DNA of 55,016 nt, counting the filler, from Squatina squatina (lineage: Eukaryota): assembly GCA_031763465.1 (NCBI GenBank). It is 3 parts of 3 records of this genome, joined end to end, with 100 filler letters (N's around TTAATTAATTAA, not from the genome) between each part and the next. Parts side by side here need not be neighbours in the genome. Positions count along the whole stretch, not along the records: positions 1 to 27,987 come from JARFOE010000042.1; 2 more parts are not named here. One strand, 5' to 3'. Positions 1 to 13,320 of this stretch are shown piece after piece (position 1 is the stretch's first letter; every line of letters starts with the position of its first letter). The notes under the pieces are model-generated. The model did not search any database and was not told the origin of the DNA. It saw only the letters and a program-made list of their open reading frames with translations. The translations under genes and the position numbers were made by a program.

Positions 1-569
1 TGAGCACGGGTGTGGTCCCCTTCTTTGGCTTGGATTCCATTTTGTCTGATTACACCTCTGTGAAGTGCCTTTCTACATTACAGGCGCTATATAAATACAA
101 GTTATTGTTATTGTTTTTACCGTCAAACTTCTGAAAAATATATTTTGAATGAGGGTACACTTTCTAATTGCCCAACGTTCAGATATAGATATAGAGATTC
201 AGCTGTGCAGTGCCTGTCTTTCGGGCGCTCAACGTCTTGTAAGCCTCCAATACGACGGGCAGTAAGCACATGTACATTTCCGCCCAGATGTGCACCACCT
301 GCCATATTGAAAAAGGTGGTTGTATTGTCATCAGGAGCACACATCAGCAACATTCACAGGGGAAATCATTTATTTAAGTTAGGGAACCAGCAATTCTTGT
401 AGGATCCATTCTCAATTTTTGCTTGCCACATGCTCAACTTGCACAGCGTAACGTGCTGTTTGTCTCTCCCTGTCCTCTCTGCACCTTGTATCTTCTCTAT
501 AATGCTTCAACCTGATGTCCCCACCCCTAAAATTTTAGCTTAAACCCTCCTCCACAGCACCAGTTAATA

Positions 570-746
570 CCCTGTGGAATTTCAATTCAGTTAATTAAAT
601 AAATCGGGAATAAAAAGCTAGTGTCAGTAATAGTGACCATGAAACTTCCAGATTGTCGTGAAAACCCAGCTGGTTCACTAATGTCCTTTAGGGAAGGAAA
701 TCTGCCGCCCTTATCTGGTCTGGCCTATATGTGACTCCAGACTCAC
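570..746 (+). mobile_element. SINE-like body shared with family-B LINE head
   Basis: ggttcactaatgtcctttagggaaggaaatctgcc...tggcctatatgtgactccaga, repeated at 9184-9255 and inverted at about 3120-3200. Confidence 0.75.
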
Positions 747-846
747 NNNNNNNNNNNNNNNNNNNNNNNNNNNNNNNNNNNNNNNNNNNNNNNNNNNNNN
801 NNNNNNNNNNNNNNNNNNNNNNNNNNNNNNNNNNNNNNNNNNNNNN

Positions 847-1782
847 GCACAAGTCTTCAACACCACAGCCAGGATATTTTTGGCGCTCATAGCCTTTGCT
901 GTATCCAGTGCACTCAGCCGTTTCTTGATATCATGTGGAGTGAATTGAATTGGTTGAAGACTGGCATCTGTGATGCTAGGGACCTCAGTAAGAAGCCGAG
1001 ATGGAGCATCCACTTGTCACTTCTCGCTGAAGGTGGTTGCAAATGCTTCAGCCTTGTCTTTTGCACTCATGTGCTGGGCTCAACCATCATTGCGGATGGG
1101 AATGTTCATGAAGCTTTCTCCTCCTGTTAACTTTTTAATTGTCCACACCATTCATTATTGGATGTATCAAAACTGCAGAGGTTTGATCTGATCTGTTGAT
1201 TGTGGGCTCGCCTAGCTCTGTCTACAGCATGCTGCTTTCACTGTTCAGCAGGTATGTAGTCCTGTGTTGCAGCTTCCTCAGGTTGGCACCTCATTTTTAG
1301 ATACGCCTGGTGCTGCTCCTAGTTTGCTCTTGTGCATTCCTCATTGAACCAGGGTTGATCCCCTGGCTTGATGTTAATGGTAGAGCGAGGGGTAAATGTG
1401 GCCATGAGGTTATAGATTGTGGTGGAATACAATTCTGCTGCCTCATGGATGCCCAGTTTTGAGTTGCTGGATCTGTTCTGAATTTAGTGCTAGTGCTATT
1501 GCTACACAACTTTAGTGTGAAGACAGGACTTGGTCTCCACAAGGGTTGTACAGTGATTACTCCTACCAATACTGCCATGGACAGATGCATCAGCGACAGG
1601 TAGATTGATGAGGATGAGGTCAAGTAGTTTTTTCCCTCATGGTGGTTCTCTCATTACCAGCCTGGCAGCTGTGTCCTTCAGGCCTCGGCCAGCTCAGTCA
1701 GTAATGGTGCTAGCGGACCAACCTTGGTGATGGATATTGAAGTCCCTCACATTCTGTGCCCTTACTAACTTCAGTGCTTCTT
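847..1782 (-). mobile_element. Non-LTR retrotransposon (CR1/L2-group family B) ORF2 fragment, EN-RT linker
   Basis: Minus frames give ...PIQFTPHDIKKRLSALDTAKAMSAKNILAVVLKTC and DFNIHH-like endonuclease motif; decayed; continues at 2628. Confidence 0.8.
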
Positions 1783-1784
1783 AC

Positions 1785-2465
1785 AAAGTACTACAAATTA
1801 TTTACAGCACAGAAGCAGGCCATTTAGCCAAACAGGTCTATGTCAGTGTTTATGCTCCACATGAGCCTCCTCCCACCCCTCTTTATCTAAACCCATCAAC
1901 ATATCCTTCTACTCCTTTCTCCCTCATGTGCTTATCAAGCCGTCCCTTGAATGCATCTATGCTATTCGTCTCAACTACTCCTTGTGATAGCGAATTCCAC
2001 ATTCTAACCACTATCTGGGTAAAGAAGATCCTCCTGAATTCCCTCTTGGATTTATTAATGACTACTATGGCCCCTGGTTCTGGTCTCACCTGCAAATGGA
2101 AAGATTTCTCTACTGCTACCCTATACCCTTTCATAATCTTGAAGACCTCTATTAGGTCACCCCTCCCTTTTCTCTTTTCTAGAGACAGGAACCCCAGCCT
2201 GTTCATTCCTTCCTGTTGGTCTAACCTCTCAATTCTGCTATCATTCTCGTAAATCTCCATATCCTTTTTATAATATGGAGACCAGAACTGTGCACAGTAC
2301 TCTAAGTGTGGTTTAATCAAAGTTCAATCCAAGTTTAACGTAACTTCCCTGACCTTCAATTCTATCCCTCTAGAAATGAACCCCAGTGCTTTGTTTGCTT
2401 TTTTTATGGCGTTATTAACCTGTGTCAGTACTTTTAGCGATCTGTGTATCTATACCCCGGAACCC
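1785..2465 (-). mobile_element. CR1 LINE 3' fragment nested in the family-B LINE
   Basis: PHLEYCAQFWSP...LGFLSLEKRKGRGDLIEVFKIMKG...RMWNSL...FKGRLDKH (CR1 ORF2 C-terminus). Confidence 0.9.
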
Positions 2466-2627
2466 TCTATAGCAGTGGTAACAGTGACTGCAGTGGAGCT
2501 GAATATCAGACACTGCTTATAACGGGCGGCTGTTCCAATACCGCCCGGTTTGCACCACCACCCGAGACAAATTTCAAGACCAAAATCTCCCATGATTATT
2601 ATTCTATGTCCTTACTCATTTTACATA

Positions 2628-3350
2628 TTTCTTGCAAGTGGTGTTCAACACGGAGGAGTCTGATTCATCAGCTGAAGGAGGGCGGTTGGTGGTAATCAGC
2701 AGGAGGTTTCCTTGCCCATGCTTGACCTGAAGCCGTGAGACTTCATGGGGTCCGGAGCCAATGCTGAGGATTCCCAGGGCCACTCCCACCCGACTGTATG
2801 CCATTGTACCGCCACCACCTCGGGTGGGTCTGTCCTGCCGGTGGGACAGGGCAGGATGGAGATGGAGGAGTCTGGGATGTTGGCTGATGCTGTGAGTTCT
2901 CTCAGACTGTTCTTTGGGACAGCTCACCCAATTTTGGTACATGTCCCCAGGACTTTGCAGGGTCAACTTAACTAGATGTGCCTTTGTCGTGTCCGAATCC
3001 ATTCCCAGATGGATGCCGGGTGGTCCGTTCGGTTTTATTCTTATTGTTTCTTGCAGCGGTTTGATACAACTGAGTGGCTTGCTAGGCCATTTCACAGGAC
3101 AGGCAAGAGTCAACCGCATTTCTGTGGGTCTGGAGTCACATACAGGCCAGATCAGGTAAGGATGACAGATATCCTTCCTTAAATGACATAGTGAACCAGT
3201 TGCGTTTTTATGACAATCTGATAGTTGCATGTTCACCATTACTGGCTCTAGCTTTTTATTCCAGATTTATCAAATTCACAAACTGCTGCGGTGAGATTTC
3301 AACTCACACCTCCGGATTATTTGTCCAGGCCTCTGGATTAATAGTCCAGC
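2628..3350 (-). mobile_element. 5' part of the same family-B LINE: tRNA-SINE-like head followed by AP-endonuclease domain
   Basis: SHRQDRPTRGGG...VKHGQGNLLLITTNRPPSADES (EN motifs); 3060-3350 matches the SINE-like segments at 570-746 and 9184-9290. Confidence 0.75.
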
Positions 3351-4104
3351 ATGGCAGCATAGCTCATTTGTCAATGAGTTAACAAAACAAGTAGAATAAA
3401 GATGGCTAAGGTAGAAAATTGAAGGTGCATCAGCTAAAGGCCGACTAGTGAGATTGGCAGCTTTATGTACTCGGGAGTAGCCAATAATCTGCAGTGACAC
3501 TGATAAAATTAAGAAACAAAATGTAACATCTGGCAGGGATCCTCTGGTGAGCTTAAAAAGTAAATAAATGTGCTGAACACGAGAAAACAAACTCCTGTAA
3601 ATATTAACTCACTAATGAATGAAGAGTTACCCGGCCTGCGTCAGAAGAAGCAGGTGATAGTGTCGATTGTTTGATCTATTTGTCTTTCTACTGCTGTGGC
3701 TCCGCAGCACAGGCGGGGGGGACAAAGTGTGGAAGGGCTATAGTGATAGGGGCTTCANNNNNNNNNNNNNNNNNNNNNNNNNNNNNNNNNNNNNNNNNNN
3801 NNNNNNNNNNNNNNNNNNNNNNNNNNNNNNNNNNNNNNNNNNNNNNNNNNNNNNNNNAAAACCAGACTTCACTGAGGATCAACCATCTGGCAAGCGGGAG
3901 AAAATGAGATGAGCAGATGTTGCAGATCTGAACCTGTTCTTGTCAGCATCAGAATCAAAGGATAATGAGTGTCACACACTCACTGTGCTGATACTTGAGA
4001 TCAAGGCAGCAGAGGTCTGCAATGGCAGTCTCAATGATGCTCTGTCTCTCAGTTACTCTGTACTTTCGAAAGCATCTTGAATATTTTTTATTCCCCATCT
4101 CACC

Positions 4105-4360
4105 CACTTATGATTTCCTCCTCTCCTGAAGGCGCTTACTCTTGTCCCAGATGCCCTTTGGTACCTCGCCCAAGTGGCCATTCTTCATACGTGAGCCCAG
4201 ACAATGAGCATGCCAATCGACTTCAGGGAGCATAACAGCCGAGTGTGTTCCTGTCCTCTCCCAATGCTACAAATGTGTGAAATTTCTAGCAGAGGCCACT
4301 GGACAATGAATAGGAGCAGGAACCCTCGTTGATTTTCCCCCTTCGTGTCCCAGGGCGTTG
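4105..4360 (-). mobile_element. Unassigned SINE-like interspersed repeat
   Basis: atgaagaatggccacttgggcgaggtac core recurs at 41949-42010(+); related ccaggtttcc...ctcctgatca segments at 4395-4510 and 37040-37290. Confidence 0.55.
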
Positions 4361-7300
4361 AACAGCAGTTGAAGGTGTCCCGGGCTAAATCAGGAGGAAA
4401 ATGAGCCAGAGCTCCTGCTTCTGATCAGTATCCAGTTGGAAAGAGTCAGGGAGGGGCCATTGACCTGATCTTGGCGTTGTGATTCATGTCAGGTGAGCAG
4501 GTACTGAACACACTGCTTATATAAAGGAGAAATATTTACAGGTCAACCCTTACTTAGGGAAAGAACATTTTCTCAAATTCCTTTTAAAATACTTCTTATT
4601 TTGCAGCTGGTAGACTGAGACAAGCAGAAAGCTGGAATTCTCCCTGGCTAGTCTTCCTCATCAATGGTGTGATGTGTGTGTTGCCCGGAATAGATAGAAG
4701 CCAATTTCTTGTTCAACCAGTTGTACATGTTCAACTACTCTGCACGACACAAAGCTGTGGCGGACATTTAACCTCCCGAGTACTGTTCCACCTTTTTAGA
4801 TGGATGTAAAAAAACTCATGGCACGATCTGAAGAGGAGCAAGGAGTTCTCTCAGTGTCTTCGCCAGCACTCATCCCTCAATGANNNNNNNNNNATGGGAT
4901 TTTGCTGTGCGCAAATTGGCTTCCGTGTTTGTTTACAAAACAATAACGCCTACACTTCAAAAAGTAATTGACCGGTTGTCAGGTGGTTGGACCCTATTTA
5001 TACCTCCTTAACATTACCTGCCCCTACCTCAGCCTAACTGCTGTTAAAACTGTCATCCATAATTCTGACAGCTCTGAACTCGACTGTTCCAATGCTCTCC
5101 TGTCTGGCCCCAATACTCCCACTTCTGTAACCTTCAGCTCATCCAAAACTCTGTCGCCCGTATCCTATCCGACATAAGAACCTAAGAGATAGGAGCAGGA
5201 GGAGGCCCTTCGGCCCCTCGAGCCTGCTCCACCATTCAACAAGATCATGGTTGATTTTCTACCTCAACGCCATTTTCCTGCACGATCCCCATATTCCTTG
5301 ATGCCTTCAATATCCAGAAATCTATCGATCTCCGTTTTGAATGTATCAATGACTGAGCCTCCACAGGGGTAGAGAATTCCAAAGATTCACCACCCTCTAC
5401 CCTCCATCACAATATATTTTCTCCCCACAGATGCTGCCTGACCTGCTGAGTTTTTCCAGCATTTTTTGTTTATATATAACATATATCAATGACTTGGATG
5501 AGGGACCCAAATGCAANNNNNNNNNNNNNNNNNNNNNNNNNNNNNNNNNNNNNNNNNNNNNNNNNNNNNNNNNNNNNNNNNNNNNNNNNNNNNNNNNNNN
5601 NNNNNNNNNNNNNNNNTGCCTAAGAAGAGAAAATCTGCTCCGACAGTCCATTGGACTTTGTGAGCACTTTTGAAATGTAAGGCAAATACTTTTTTTAAGT
5701 TTTGAGGAAGTTGAAGCACCCATCCACACTGACAAAACATAAAACATTTATTGGCTATTAGCAGAACTCTGCACATACTTGTAAGCGATGCTGAAACAAA
5801 AGCAAAATACTGCGGGTGCTGGAAATCTGAAATAAAAACAGAAAATGCTGGAAATACTCAGCAAGTCAGGCAGCATCGGTGGAGAGAGAAACAGAGTTAA
5901 TGTTTCAGGTCGATGACCTTACAGCAATTTCTGTAATGCTTGAACTACTGTTTTCCCACTCTATTTATCTGTTTGTCCAGCTTTATTTATACCTCTCTTA
6001 CTGTGCCTGCCTTTCTCGACAGTGGACCTCTTTTAGGTGAATTGTCGCCTCGGACTGTACAGGTTGTGTGCATTTTCAGTCAGTAATTGCTTTCTGGTAG
6101 GAATTGTATACATGTCCATTCAGACAGCCGCCGCATTGCAGCTGAGAGAGGTTCAAGAACAAACAAGAGAAGTGACGACAGATCAAGGAGTGTAGGACAG
6201 GCATTCCTATCCCCTGAACAGACTGTGACTGCTACAAAGGAATACATATTTTACCCACACTAAAAACTTGGTGAGCATGAAGATAACCCTGTGGCTACTT
6301 TATGAGCTTCCAGCCTGACAGAATCACATGTTCTCTCAGTGGCCATTTTGATATCATCAGAAAATAGCAGTGCAAAACCCATGGAATAGCAGTGGGTGAC
6401 CCAATTTTTCCATTAAATATGACAATTCCCATACACAACGGGGCAAAAAGTTGGCAAATGGAGTATAATGTGGGAAAATGTGAAGTTGTTCACTTTGGAA
6501 GGAAGAATGATAAAACANNNNNNNNNNNNNNNNNNNNNNNNNNNNNNNNNNNNNNNNNNNNNNNNNNNNNNNNNNNNNNNNNNNNNNNNNNNNNNNNNNN
6601 NNNNNNNNNNNNNNNNNNNNNNNNNNNNNNNNNNNNNNNNNNNNNNNNNNNNNNNNNNNNNNNNNNNNNNNNNNNNNNNNNNNNNNNNNNNNNNNNNNNN
6701 NNNNNNNNNNNNNNNNNNNNNNNNNNNNNNNNNNNNNNNNNNNNNNNNNNNNNNNNNNNNNNNNNNNNNNNNNNNNNNNNNNNNNNNNNNNNNNNNNNNN
6801 NNNNNNNNNNNNNNNNNNNNNNNNNNNNNNNNNNNNNNNNNNNNNNNNNNNNNNNNNNNNNNNNNNNNNNNNNNNNNNNNNNNNNNNNNNNNNNNNNNNN
6901 NNNNNNNNNNNNNNNNNNNNNNNNNNNNNNNNNNNNNNNNNNNNNNNNNNNNNNNNNNNNNNNNNNNNNNNNNNNNNNNNNNNNNNNNNNNNNNNNNNNN
7001 NNNNNNNNNNNNNNNNNNNNNNNNNNNNNNNNNNNNNNNNNNNNNNNNNNNNNNNNNNNNNNNNNNNNNNNNNNNNNNNNNNNNNNNNNNNNNNNNNNNN
7101 NNNNNNNNNNNNNNNNNNNNNNNNNNNNNNNNNNNNNNNNNNNNNNNNNNNNNNNNNNNNNNNNNNNNNNNNNNNNNNNNNNNNNNNNNNNNNNNNNNNN
7201 NNNNNNNNNNNNNNNNNNNNNNNNNNNNNNNNNNNNNNNNNNNNNNNNNNNNNNNNNNNNNNNNNNNNNNNNNNNNNNNNNNNNNNNNNNNNNNNNNNNN

Positions 7301-8764
7301 NNNNNNNNNNNNNNNNNNNNNNNNNNNNNNNNNNNNNNNNNNNNNNNNNNNNNNNNNNNNNNNNNNNNNNNNNNNNNNNNNNNNNNNNNNNNNNNNNNNN
7401 NNNNNNNNNNNNNNNNNNNNNNNNNNNNNNNNNNNNNNNNNNNNNNNNNNNNNNNNNNNNNNNNNNNNNNNNNNNNNNNNNNNNNNNNNNNNNNNNNNNN
7501 NNNNNNNNNGAACTGCTGGTGCCTTTGTACTCAAACAAGAGTCAACACCTCAAGAAGACTTTTAAAAATTAATGAAAGCCTGAGTCTTTCCACACAGCAG
7601 CCTGACTCACAGCTTGCTCCCTTGGTGATCAACAGGTTTTACCATAAGCCTGAAAGAGGTTCAAATTTCAATTTGTACGAGTGAAACTTACTGCAGGATT
7701 TCAAAGCGCTATAAAGTTCCACCGATTTTTGAAAAGACAATGTTGCTGAGTGCCATTATGCATGTAAAATGCATTAATGCCAGAACTGTCACTCAGGAAT
7801 ACTGATGCCTGCATGCTTTTCATATGTAAATATATACAGTGCAGCAATATAAATGTCATTTCTGATGCACCTCAGGTGGTTAAAGAAATCAGTGCTATTT
7901 GGCGGTATCTACACCGACAAGCTGAAGCCCTCGTCAATAAAATGGACAGGATCTTGACATAGTGAAACGTTTTGCATTTTCCACCCGATCATTCTCCCCA
8001 AGGAATAAGAGGGGACAAAGGCGAGGTGCCAAGGTAAGGAGACAAGACTGGTGTGAGTGGGGCCTGCACCTGGCCAAACCAAACAGGCTGGATGGGGTTT
8101 TCATCTTCTTGCCTCCAATGTTCTTATTTGGACATGGATGGATGAGCGAACAGAAGAAGTGTAATCTGCTTCACATGTTTTTATTTTATCAATTCCATAT
8201 CAATATCAATTTTATATAAATATGGTTAGAATAATTATAGGGAACACAGATGACTTATCCCTGAAGCCAGTTAAGTTGCAGAAACTGTCTATTACTGCAC
8301 TGGCTGAGGCTGCAAGTATCATAGAAATTTACAGCATGGAAGGCAGCCATTCGGCCCATTGTGTCTGTGCCGGCCGACAAACAGCTATCCAGCCGAATCC
8401 CACTTTCCAGCTCTTGCTCCATAGCCCTGTAGGCCATGGCCACAGTACTAGGGTCTTGTACATCCATCTGGGCATCTGGACAGGACCTTGGTTTAACGTC
8501 TCATTCAAAAGCACCTCTGACAATGAAAATGTTTTATTGATGCCATTCTCGTTGTTAAAACGTTTGGATTTACTGCATGCTTTTTGTCAGCCAGGATTAC
8601 TTCTCACCTTAACTATTTATACTTAACAAAATGAATGGACCAAATATCCAACATTTTCCAAATCATTCCTTCTAAGAATGCAATTGCAACAAAAATAATT
8701 TATGAAGTGTATTAAGTTTTTCTGGAAATGTTGGCACAGAATGTTGAAAGACAAGACACAGAAA

Positions 8765-9115
8765 AGGATGATACCGGAACCCGGAGCGTACAGCGAACAG
8801 GAAGGACTGAACATGCTGGGTCGCTTTTCTCTAGAAAAGAGAATGCTGAGGGGTGACCTGATAGAGGTCTGTAAGATTATGAAGGGTTCAATAAGGTAGA
8901 CACAGAGAACGTTGAGGGTGAGTCCATAACTAGGGTCCATAAATATATGATAGTTTCTAATAAATCCAATAGGGAATTCAGGAGAAACTTCTTTACCCAG
9001 AGAGTGGTGAGAATGTGGAACTCGCTCCCACAGGGAGTGGTTGAGGCAAATAATATAGATGCATTTAAGGGGATGCTGGATAAACACATAAGGGAGAAAG
9101 GAATAGAGGGTTTTG
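8765..9115 (+). mobile_element. CR1 LINE 3' fragment (contains the single-copy source of the 33-bp minisatellite)
   Basis: FSLEKRMLRGDLIEV...FFTQRVVRMWNSLPQGVVEA...FKGMLDKH. Confidence 0.9.
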
Positions 9116-9183
9116 TGGAGAGTTATGGGACATTTTGCTATATTAAAGGCACTATATAAATGAAAGTTGTTGTTGTTGTTGGA

Positions 9184-9390
9184 CACTAATGTCCTTTAGG
9201 GAAGGCAATCTGCCGTCCTTACCCGGTCTGGCCTATATGTGACTCCAGATCCACAGCAATGTGGTTGACTCTTAGCAGCCCTCTGAAATGGCAGCTCACC
9301 ACCACCTTCTCAAGGGCAATTGGGGATGGGCAATAAATGCTGGTCCTGCCAGCGACGCTCACATCCCAAGAACAAATAATTTAAAAAGGA
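9184..9390 (+). mobile_element. Short element: SINE body joined to family-B LINE 3' tail
   Basis: SINE body then cagctcaccaccaccttctcaagggcaat...gggcaataaatgctgg...cacatccc and A-rich tail; same tail at 20125-20220, 23080-23175, 35079-35158, 35530-35640. Confidence 0.75.
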
Positions 9391-10002
9391 TAAAAAGGGG
9401 AGGCTCGTGTGGAGCATAAACACCCTGATAGACCAGTTCAAAGAAATGGACCATTTTTGTGCTGTGCATTCTCTGTAATTTGATGTAAAATGGGGCATAA
9501 TTTCCAACACAAATTTTGACTTTGTGTATTGGTGTAAAACAGGAGATATCGATTCAACTGTCCATTACATAGGATTACATAGGATATACAGCACAGAAAC
9601 AGGCTGCTTGGCCCAACCAGTCCATACCGGCGTTTATGCTTCACTTGAGCCTCCTCCCGTCTTTCCTCATCTAAATCTATCAATGTAACCCTTGATTCTC
9701 TTCTCCCTCATATATTTATCCAGCCTCTCCTTAAATGAATCTACATTGCACATTACACACCTTTCCCGGTAACCATTCCCATTGATTAAAATCAACCTCG
9801 TTTTATTCAGATTAAACCTGGTTCAGGAAATACAGTGGACTGATCTAGGGTTAGAACACTGTAATAATCCTCTGCTGTAATTATATATAGAGATAAATGA
9901 TANNNNNNNNNNNNNNNNNNNNNNNNNNNNNNNNNNNNNNNNNNNNNNNNNNNNNNNNNNNNNNNNNNNNNNNNNNNNNNNNNNNNNNNNNNNNNNNNNN
10001 NN

Positions 10003-11140
10003 AGGAATGGAAGGAACTTGGAGTGCCTGAGCACAGATCCCTGAAGGTAGCAGGACAGGTAGAAAAGGTGGTTAAGGAGGCATACGGGATACTTGCGTTT
10101 ATTAGCTGAGGCATAGAATATAAGAGAGGGAGGTTATGCTTGAACTGTATAAAACACTAGTTAGTCCACAATTAGAGTACTGCGTACAGTTCTGGGCACT
10201 ATATTACAGGAAAGATGTGATTGCACTAGAGAGGGTAACGAGGAGATTTTTGAGGATGTTGCCAGGACTGGAGAATATTAACTATGAGGAAAGATTGGAT
10301 AGGCTGGGATTGTTTTCTTTGGAACAGGGGAGGNNNNNNNNNNAGGAGCCTAGATAGAGTGGACAGGAAGCATCTATTTCCTGTAGCAGAGAGGTCAATA
10401 AACAGGTGCCGTAGATTTAAAGTGATTGGTAGAGGGATTAGAGGGAAGTTGAGATGAACTTATTTCAACCAGAGGGTGATGAGGGTCTCGAACTCACTGC
10501 CTGAAATGGTGGTAGAAGCAGAAATCCTCAACATATTTTAAAAGTACTTGGATATGCACTTGAAGTGCTGTAACCTACAGTGCTATGGACCAAGAGCTGG
10601 AAGGTGGAATTAGGCTGGATAGCTCTTTTTTGGCTGGCATAGACATTATGGGCAAAGTGGCCTCATTCCGTGCAGTAAATTTCTTTGATTCTAACACCAA
10701 TGATGTGAAGCAATATACAGAGCGATTAGGGTGTTAGGGTGTATTTAAGAACATAGGAAGATAGGAACAAAAGTGCCTCCATTCAGCCACTAAAGACTGC
10801 TCTGCCATTCAATTAGATCGTGGCTGATCTGTATCTTAAATCCATCTATCTGCCTTGGTCCATAACACTTAATACGGTTGCCTAACAAAAATCTATCAAT
10901 CTTGGTGTTTACATTTCAATTGATCTAGCCTTGACATCGGAGGGAGTTCCAGATTTCCACTAGCCTATGTGTGAAGAAGTGCTTTCTGACATTACCTCTG
11001 GTCTAGCTCTAATTTTAAGGTTATGTCCCTTTGTTCTGGACTCACCCACCAGAAGAAATGGTTTCTCTCAATCTACCCGATCAAATCCTTTAATCATCTT
11101 AAACACCTCAATTAGATCGCCCGTTAATCTTGTATGTTCA
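10003..11140. mobile_element. Two CR1 3' fragments, tail-to-tail (10003-10692 +, 10745-11140 -)
   Basis: LYKTLVSPQLEYCVQFW...RLDRLGLFSLE on plus; minus copy ends in the typical CR1 3' terminus. Confidence 0.85.
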
Positions 11141-12530
11141 AGGTAATTTTCTGTACCTGGGCAGGCCGGGTGCAGGCGGTCGCCATGGCGGGTCGCGATC
11201 CCACTCCTCATTCCATTCCGCTCCTGAGATCGACTTTCTGTTAATGGCGCCTATTAAGGCAGCCCTGCACATTATCTGACCCTGTTAAATGGTGCAGGTC
11301 TGATGATGGCCCTGAAATTGCGATCAGAGGCTTCCTGCATGCGGTNNNNNNNNNNNNNNNNNNNNNNNNNNNNNNNNNNNNNNNNNNNNNNNNNNNNNNN
11401 NNNNNNNNNNNNNNNNNNNNNNNNNNNNNNNNNNNNNNNNNNNNNGACGTCAGGCAAGGACAGAACAGTATCTCAAGCAGTGATGCCTTTCACCTTTCAA
11501 CATCCTGCTGATACTCAATGTCTGGACTCACACGCAGAAATGCTGCTCGAGCAGGGTGAACAGCACACTCGCACAGCACTGGCAAACATGTGCAGGAATC
11601 ACAATGCAAGTGAAGTTTGCAACATAGAATGAAACTGCACAGGTCTAGACAGAAAAGGATTATTTTGTCTGGGGGTGGGGGGAGGAAAGAGAACCCAATG
11701 CTTAACCAAGCCTGCTGCAATTTTAATTTCACAGTTCCAGCAACAGCAGCCATTTTTCTCATCTCTAATTCAGCTCTTACATTTTTCAGAAGCACTTTTA
11801 CTGAATTATATTGCACTCAAGGCATAAAATAAAACACAATGATTCATGGACTAAGCAGGGGCATACTGGAAACTGTCCAGGAAATCGAGATAGACTGTAA
11901 CAGAAATGGACCCAAAAATCAATCGCCGACTGGCTCCTACTGCAACGCTGAAATACTGTGGGAGGGGGTTTGTAATTGTGCATCAACATATGCCACACAC
12001 TGTCAAGACTGCCCAAAAACATGTGGCTCCGAGGGGTATTGCAGTGACGCACATATAATTAGTTACTTAGCAAATCCTAGTGCGGGGCGATTCACACCGC
12101 ACAACAGACTCGGTAGAACTAATCGTTTTGAAAATAAATCATTCAATTAAAGCAGAAGCAAGTTCTTGTTGCAATTCGAGGCAGAGTTCAGAAAACCTAT
12201 TGTAGCAGAGAAGGAGGGCAAACATACACCTTCTACCCTGTATCAGAATACCAACAAAACCTGAAGATCAGCCCCAATTAGACTGCCTATTTATTTAAGG
12301 AGTAGTTCTCATCCTAGCTCTTGAGCCAGTCCATGATACCCATAGCCTGTATAAAAGAGAACATTCTTTGCCACCAGCTAATTAATTTGGTATGGCCCAA
12401 GAGGGTCCCATTTCTACACTTAATCTTTTCTTGGCTTTCATGCCCTCTGCCTGAAAATAAACCTGAGTGGTTCAAATCAAGGAAAAGGTCCCATTTTCAC
12501 ACATGACCACAAATAATGGGCAAGGGTTCA

Positions 12531-12761
<231 letters not shown>

Positions 12762-13320
12762 TCATTCTTCCTGTTTACAGACTGAAGTACATACTGAACA
12801 TGAATCATTATACCACAGAATTAGGAAACATGCTACCTGTTGCAATATGACTACTACTTCATGTGGCTGATGTAGGGCAACAACTATCATTTTACATTTA
12901 GGTGGATAAGCCAGATAATTGCACCAGGAGTAGTGGAGTTTGTCGCTCTGATGCCTCCTTTGCATTTGGGAATCGGACATCGAGTTGTTCTACGTTCCAT
13001 GGTCTGTTCTGGGTCGCATACTGAAGGGGTTTTATTTGTGCATCAAGTATCCCCATCTGCCATGGTTTGTGCGGGTGCAGTTTTAGGGTTAACCATTTGC
13101 AGAAGATCGGAGCCAGTGAGCTTCCGATTCAGATCTTTCATGAGGCGTTTGTGACTTTTTGTGAACGCCATTCGGCTTTCCAAGCATCGTCAGGAGTGAA
13201 GTCACATTGTCGAAGGTTAANNNNNNNNNNNNNNNNNNNNNNNNNNNNNNNNNNNNNNNNNNNNNNNNNNNNNNNNNNNNNNNNNNNNNNNNNNNNNNNN
13301 NNNNNNNNNNNNNNNNNNNN

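Noticed and set aside
3715-3757. GRAIVIGAS esterase-like motif as a host gene
   Set aside because: Consistent with a CR1 ORF1 SGNH-esterase remnant cut by a gap
6357-7684. Long 365-430 aa ORFs
   Set aside because: Almost entirely X; they read through a 992-N gap
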